From the human T2T-CHM13v2.0 reference genome, Homo sapiens: DNA of 64,000 bases. Position 1 is the first letter of the stretch. The number at the start of each line of letters is the position of its first letter. The notes beneath the pieces are model-generated. The model was not told the origin of the DNA, made no database searches, and was given only the letters and a program-made list of their open reading frames with translations. The stretch lies in assembly GCF_009914755.1 (NCBI RefSeq), contig NC_060929.1. One strand, 5' to 3'. The position numbers were made by a program, and so were the translations under genes. Positions 61,056 to 64,000 of the stretch are shown here, piece by piece.

Positions 61056-64000
61056 AGGTGAAATGAGAATGAATGAGTGTTTTCCTCAGCGTAATCAATG
61101 GGCTTTGGTCCTGCTATGGGTTTTCCACTCCATCACGCAGTTAGTTAGGTGAGCTCATCTCTGTGCTTCAGGGATTGAAGTAATCATGGTGGGAATGAGA
61201 GGACTCATGATGAGAGCTGTTGGGGTTTGGATGAGTGTGCTGTTGGAAATATGAGACTTTAAATCTATAAAAGAAGCAAAAGAATAATGTTTCGTGGACA
61301 TTCAGTAGGAAATGGCTAGTGTCATGACCTATACCCCAGAAAAGTAAGGAAAGATTTTTACATAGATGTACTGTGAAAGTTTTGTAAGAGAACAACTTTA
61401 AAGGCCAATTCCCAAGAGGCGCCAATATAATTCCAACAATGATTGTATTTCCTGAACTTCACTCTCCAGCTGAATAGTCTGTTTAGCGCGGTAACTCCAA
61501 ACCTGCGAAGTTAAGTCAGGTTTGTACGTTCTTTGGAATGATTTTCAAACTTCCATTAAGATTTTTTCTCCTCCCGTGTAAGAACTAGTGTATGCCTTTA
61601 ATAGAACATAGGGTTTTTCAGCTGCTTTCATTTCAGGTACACTAAGATTATACAATGAAATACAATAACCCAACAGATAAATAATGCCAAAAAACCATTT
61701 GAGACAACACAATTGGCAGGGAAGAAAGGTTTTTCAAAAGTCAAACTGAGCACATTGTTCAAAAGCCAATGATTTTGAAGTGGCATCAGCTTTCTCAAGC
61801 ATCATTTGCCTAATCAATTTGAAATAAAATTTCCAGCCTAAAGGTTTATTTCTTGAAGTATTAAGAGTGTAAAAGTTGATTTACCCCATGTTCTGTCCTC
61901 ACATTTGCCTTCTTTGTCTTAGCTTTTAAGAGCACTAAGCTATGAAAACTCATAAGAGCACATCAAGCACCCTGGGGACAGAAGTATGTAGGAATGCCAT
62001 TTATGGACTATCCAACAGGAGGTGATGCTAGAGTCTTTGACCTCAGATTTTTCATGTTTAACTTTATGTCATAGACTTCTGTAACATAAGAAAAATAGTT
62101 TCACATAAAAAAGTAGGGTTAGAAACAGACTCTGTCTACAAAGATACAGTCCTTCAGTATGATTTTACATAAAGCAAGAATTCAGATAATTCAACCATAT
62201 TTCTCACCAAAAAATGAAAATAACTTAGGGTAAAATTTGACTTTTAGAACTTTTCTACAAGTTATGTGTTTTCTTCTGAGGTGATAATTAATGCACCTGC
62301 TTTCTTGAGTGAACCCTCTATGATCCATTTATTGTTCTTTTAATTCAGCCTTAGTAACACCGACAGGATTTTAGAAAAATCCTGATGTAGTTAAAAATGC
62401 TTAAATACAAAACTGATTTTATAAAGAAAGTGACATATTTCTCCACAAACCTATAGGATTTATGTGTAGTTCATATGTTCACATGCAAACATATCTAAAT
62501 AAAATGTAATAATTTCTCAATGCAATTTATTTACCTGTTGATTAACAGTCACACTCCTTTTGTTTTAGAGATAAAGACAAACAAAAATGAAAAAGATAAT
62601 AGATAATTAATACATGGGAAAGCTGATAAAGCAGCAAGGTGAAGAACATAAAAAGAATTATGACTTGAAAGATAAAGATGTAATCATGTAGTTGTAGAGA
62701 GATGCCATTTATGTGTACTTACAACCATCTTGCAGACTGATAAGAAAGATGATTTGAATGATTCATGCTTCATGTTTTTATATATCTAGTGAAGTTTATA
62801 TTGCACGTTACATTGCAACACATTTTATTAAATATTAATGCAGAAGTGTCTGAATGTTAATCATTTATTATATTCACAATAGTTTATCTACTTCTTCCTA
62901 AATTATTTAGAGCTAAATCTTTTCTGAAATATTTTTTTTGAAGGACTTTTAGTTTAGTGAATCCAGAGAGTATAACACATGGTCAGTATCTGAAAGGAAA
63001 TAATTGTATTTTTCAATAGAACAGTATCTTCAAACACCCACTCTCAGAGAAGAAGCAGTACATATTACAGAATGAGAGATACATATCAACTCTTAGCCTT
63101 CATATTATTTACTAACAGAAAATAAAAGCGAAAACTAAATGCACTTTCTTACTAAAAATGTAATCACGAAACTTTGACAATCAATTACATGTTAACACGT
63201 TACTCTAGTTGAGGTAGGTCCATTAATTTCTGTCCACTTATTATTGCAATTTAAAAACATTTCCTGAAAGATTTTAAGAGAACATTAAATCAATAAATGT
63301 CAACACCTCATATAAAATGGAGATGATTTATTTCTTTACTTCATCCAAACAGATAATTGTCTACAACCTAATGGGGACAAACTGAATTTCAAGGTAACTA
63401 GATCAGTCAGTTATAATATTATACATAGTTCAAAAGATAAAGGAAAGAGCCAAAGACGTGCATTTATTATTGAACCTTTTTATGAAATTGGTTTATAAAT
63501 TTGATTTATTTTTATTTCTAAAACAGCTCCACAGAAATACTTAATACCTTCTTATAAAACAAACTAGCCCCTCAGAGCAAAAAGCAGGATAGGAAAAATT
63601 TGGTTAATAATTTATCTCTTTAAATATTAAGAAAATAAGCAAATCATTAATTAGCTTTTTTGTAATGGAAAGAGTAGAATAATACACATACATACTTGAC
63701 TATTTTTCTCTTTGTTCCTAAAAAAATTATTCTTCCTTAGGCATCGAGTTCTACCTTATTTATTTATTTTTTCAAATCAATTATTTTACAAAAAATGACA
63801 CTGAGGTCCAGAAGGTTAAAATTACTCATCAAAAATTACACACAAGTTTCTTCAGGTTCAGTAGAATGTATTTACAATAGATATTTGCAGTGCTAACTAA
63901 TGTAAGGGGTTTAAGTTAATATATACATATGTCAAACTCATCATAATGGACATGAGTAAAACCAATGAGAGTAACTACTAGCAACAATCTCTATTTATTT

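Noticed and set aside
62364-62384. 9-bp hairpin caggatttt-aga-aaaatcctg
   Set aside because: Short enough to occur by chance in AT-rich sequence.

Overview
AT-rich, CpG-depleted primate genomic DNA, probably human or great ape given the AluY/AluYd and L1PA3-type elements. It reads as a gene desert or large intron. I see no host protein-coding gene, RNA gene or CpG island. Almost all ORFs in the track come from Alu, L1 or simple repeats. Contents: a full-length ~6.0 kb minus-strand L1PA3-like element with broken ORF1/ORF2, a truncated antisense ORF0 and an apparent ~110 bp 3' transduction; about a dozen Alus, many with clear target-site duplications (TSDs); solo LTRs (MST, MLT2A, MER41A, THE1, MER34-like, other ERV1-like); a Tigger1 with a nested AluY; old L1M/L2/MIR fragments; and several tandem repeats. 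I found no convincing new biological system. The most notable observations are the L1 3' transduction, a young AluYd8-like insertion, a near-perfect 3x90 bp tandem repeat, several template-switch palindromes and an unexplained 59-bp dispersed repeat. Subfamily calls come from remembered consensus sequences and need RepeatMasker/Dfam confirmation. Boundaries of old elements are approximate.
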